Source: Catajapyx aquilonaris
Taxonomy: Eukaryota
Reading direction: 5' to 3'
Assembly (NCBI GenBank): GCA_000934665.2
Contig: JYFJ02003974.1
Location: 1-35,874, forward strand
DNA length: 35,874 bases
The notes under the pieces are model-generated. The model was given only the letters and a program-made list of their open reading frames with translations, was not told the DNA's origin and ran no database searches. The position numbers and the translations under genes are program-made. Shown here one piece after another: positions 35,672 to 35,874 of this stretch. Each line of letters begins with the position of its first letter. The stretch's first letter is position 1.

Positions 35672-35874
35672 CGAGGGCGGTTCGGAAAGTTCTAAGAATC
35701 GGATGGAAAGAAACACAATATCAGAGTGATTTAGGTTTTATTTTTTGACGTAATCTCCTCGAAGGTGAATGCACTTTTTCCATCGGCCCTCCAATGCCTT
35801 GACACCAGCAGAATATGTGGATTCGTCCAGGTCTGCAAAATAGTCCGTCACTGTGGAGATGACGTCTTCATTGG
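35672..35874 (-). mobile_element. Mariner transposon 3' end (TIR plus transposase C-terminus), truncated by window edge
   Basis: TA (35670-35671) then CGAGGGCGGTTCGGAAAGTT TIR; minus frame 35872-35738 reads NEDVISTVTDYFADLDESTYSAGVKALEGRWKKCIHLRGDYVKK*, the typical mariner C-terminal RWxKCI..xGxY motif. Confidence 0.92.

Noticed and set aside
1..35874. CRISPR arrays, operons or prokaryotic defence systems
   Set aside because: Sequence is intron-containing eukaryotic DNA; no regularly spaced direct repeats or prokaryotic-type ORFs seen.

Overview
Eukaryotic (metazoan, most likely arthropod; taxon is inference) genomic window with four spliced genes reconstructed by hand with GT-AG junctions and consistent phases. 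(1) The 5' end of an LPCAT-family lysophospholipid acyltransferase (minus, runs off the left edge). (2) A PDE7-type cAMP phosphodiesterase (minus, about 26861 to 8008/7916, about 990 aa, with a 12.8 kb first intron). (3) An MTFR1/MTFR2-family mitochondrial fission regulator (minus, 31764 to 28260, about 357 aa). (4) ARMC1 (plus, from 32506, runs off the right edge), head-to-head with MTFR. Introns carry hAT and Tigger/pogo MITEs, a mariner end, palindromes and microsatellites. Most notable: ARMC1-MTFR-PDE7 neighbourhood recalled from human 8q13; seven perfect CRE palindromes, all in the PDE7 locus, six of them as pairs upstream of three candidate alternative first exons; a ~550-aa PDE7 C-terminal tail with seven RRxSxP motifs; and a polyproline-WH2-C-acidic (WASP/WAVE-like) layout in MTFR. 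No CRISPR arrays or credible tRNA/rRNA genes. Homology statements are from memory; no searches were run.
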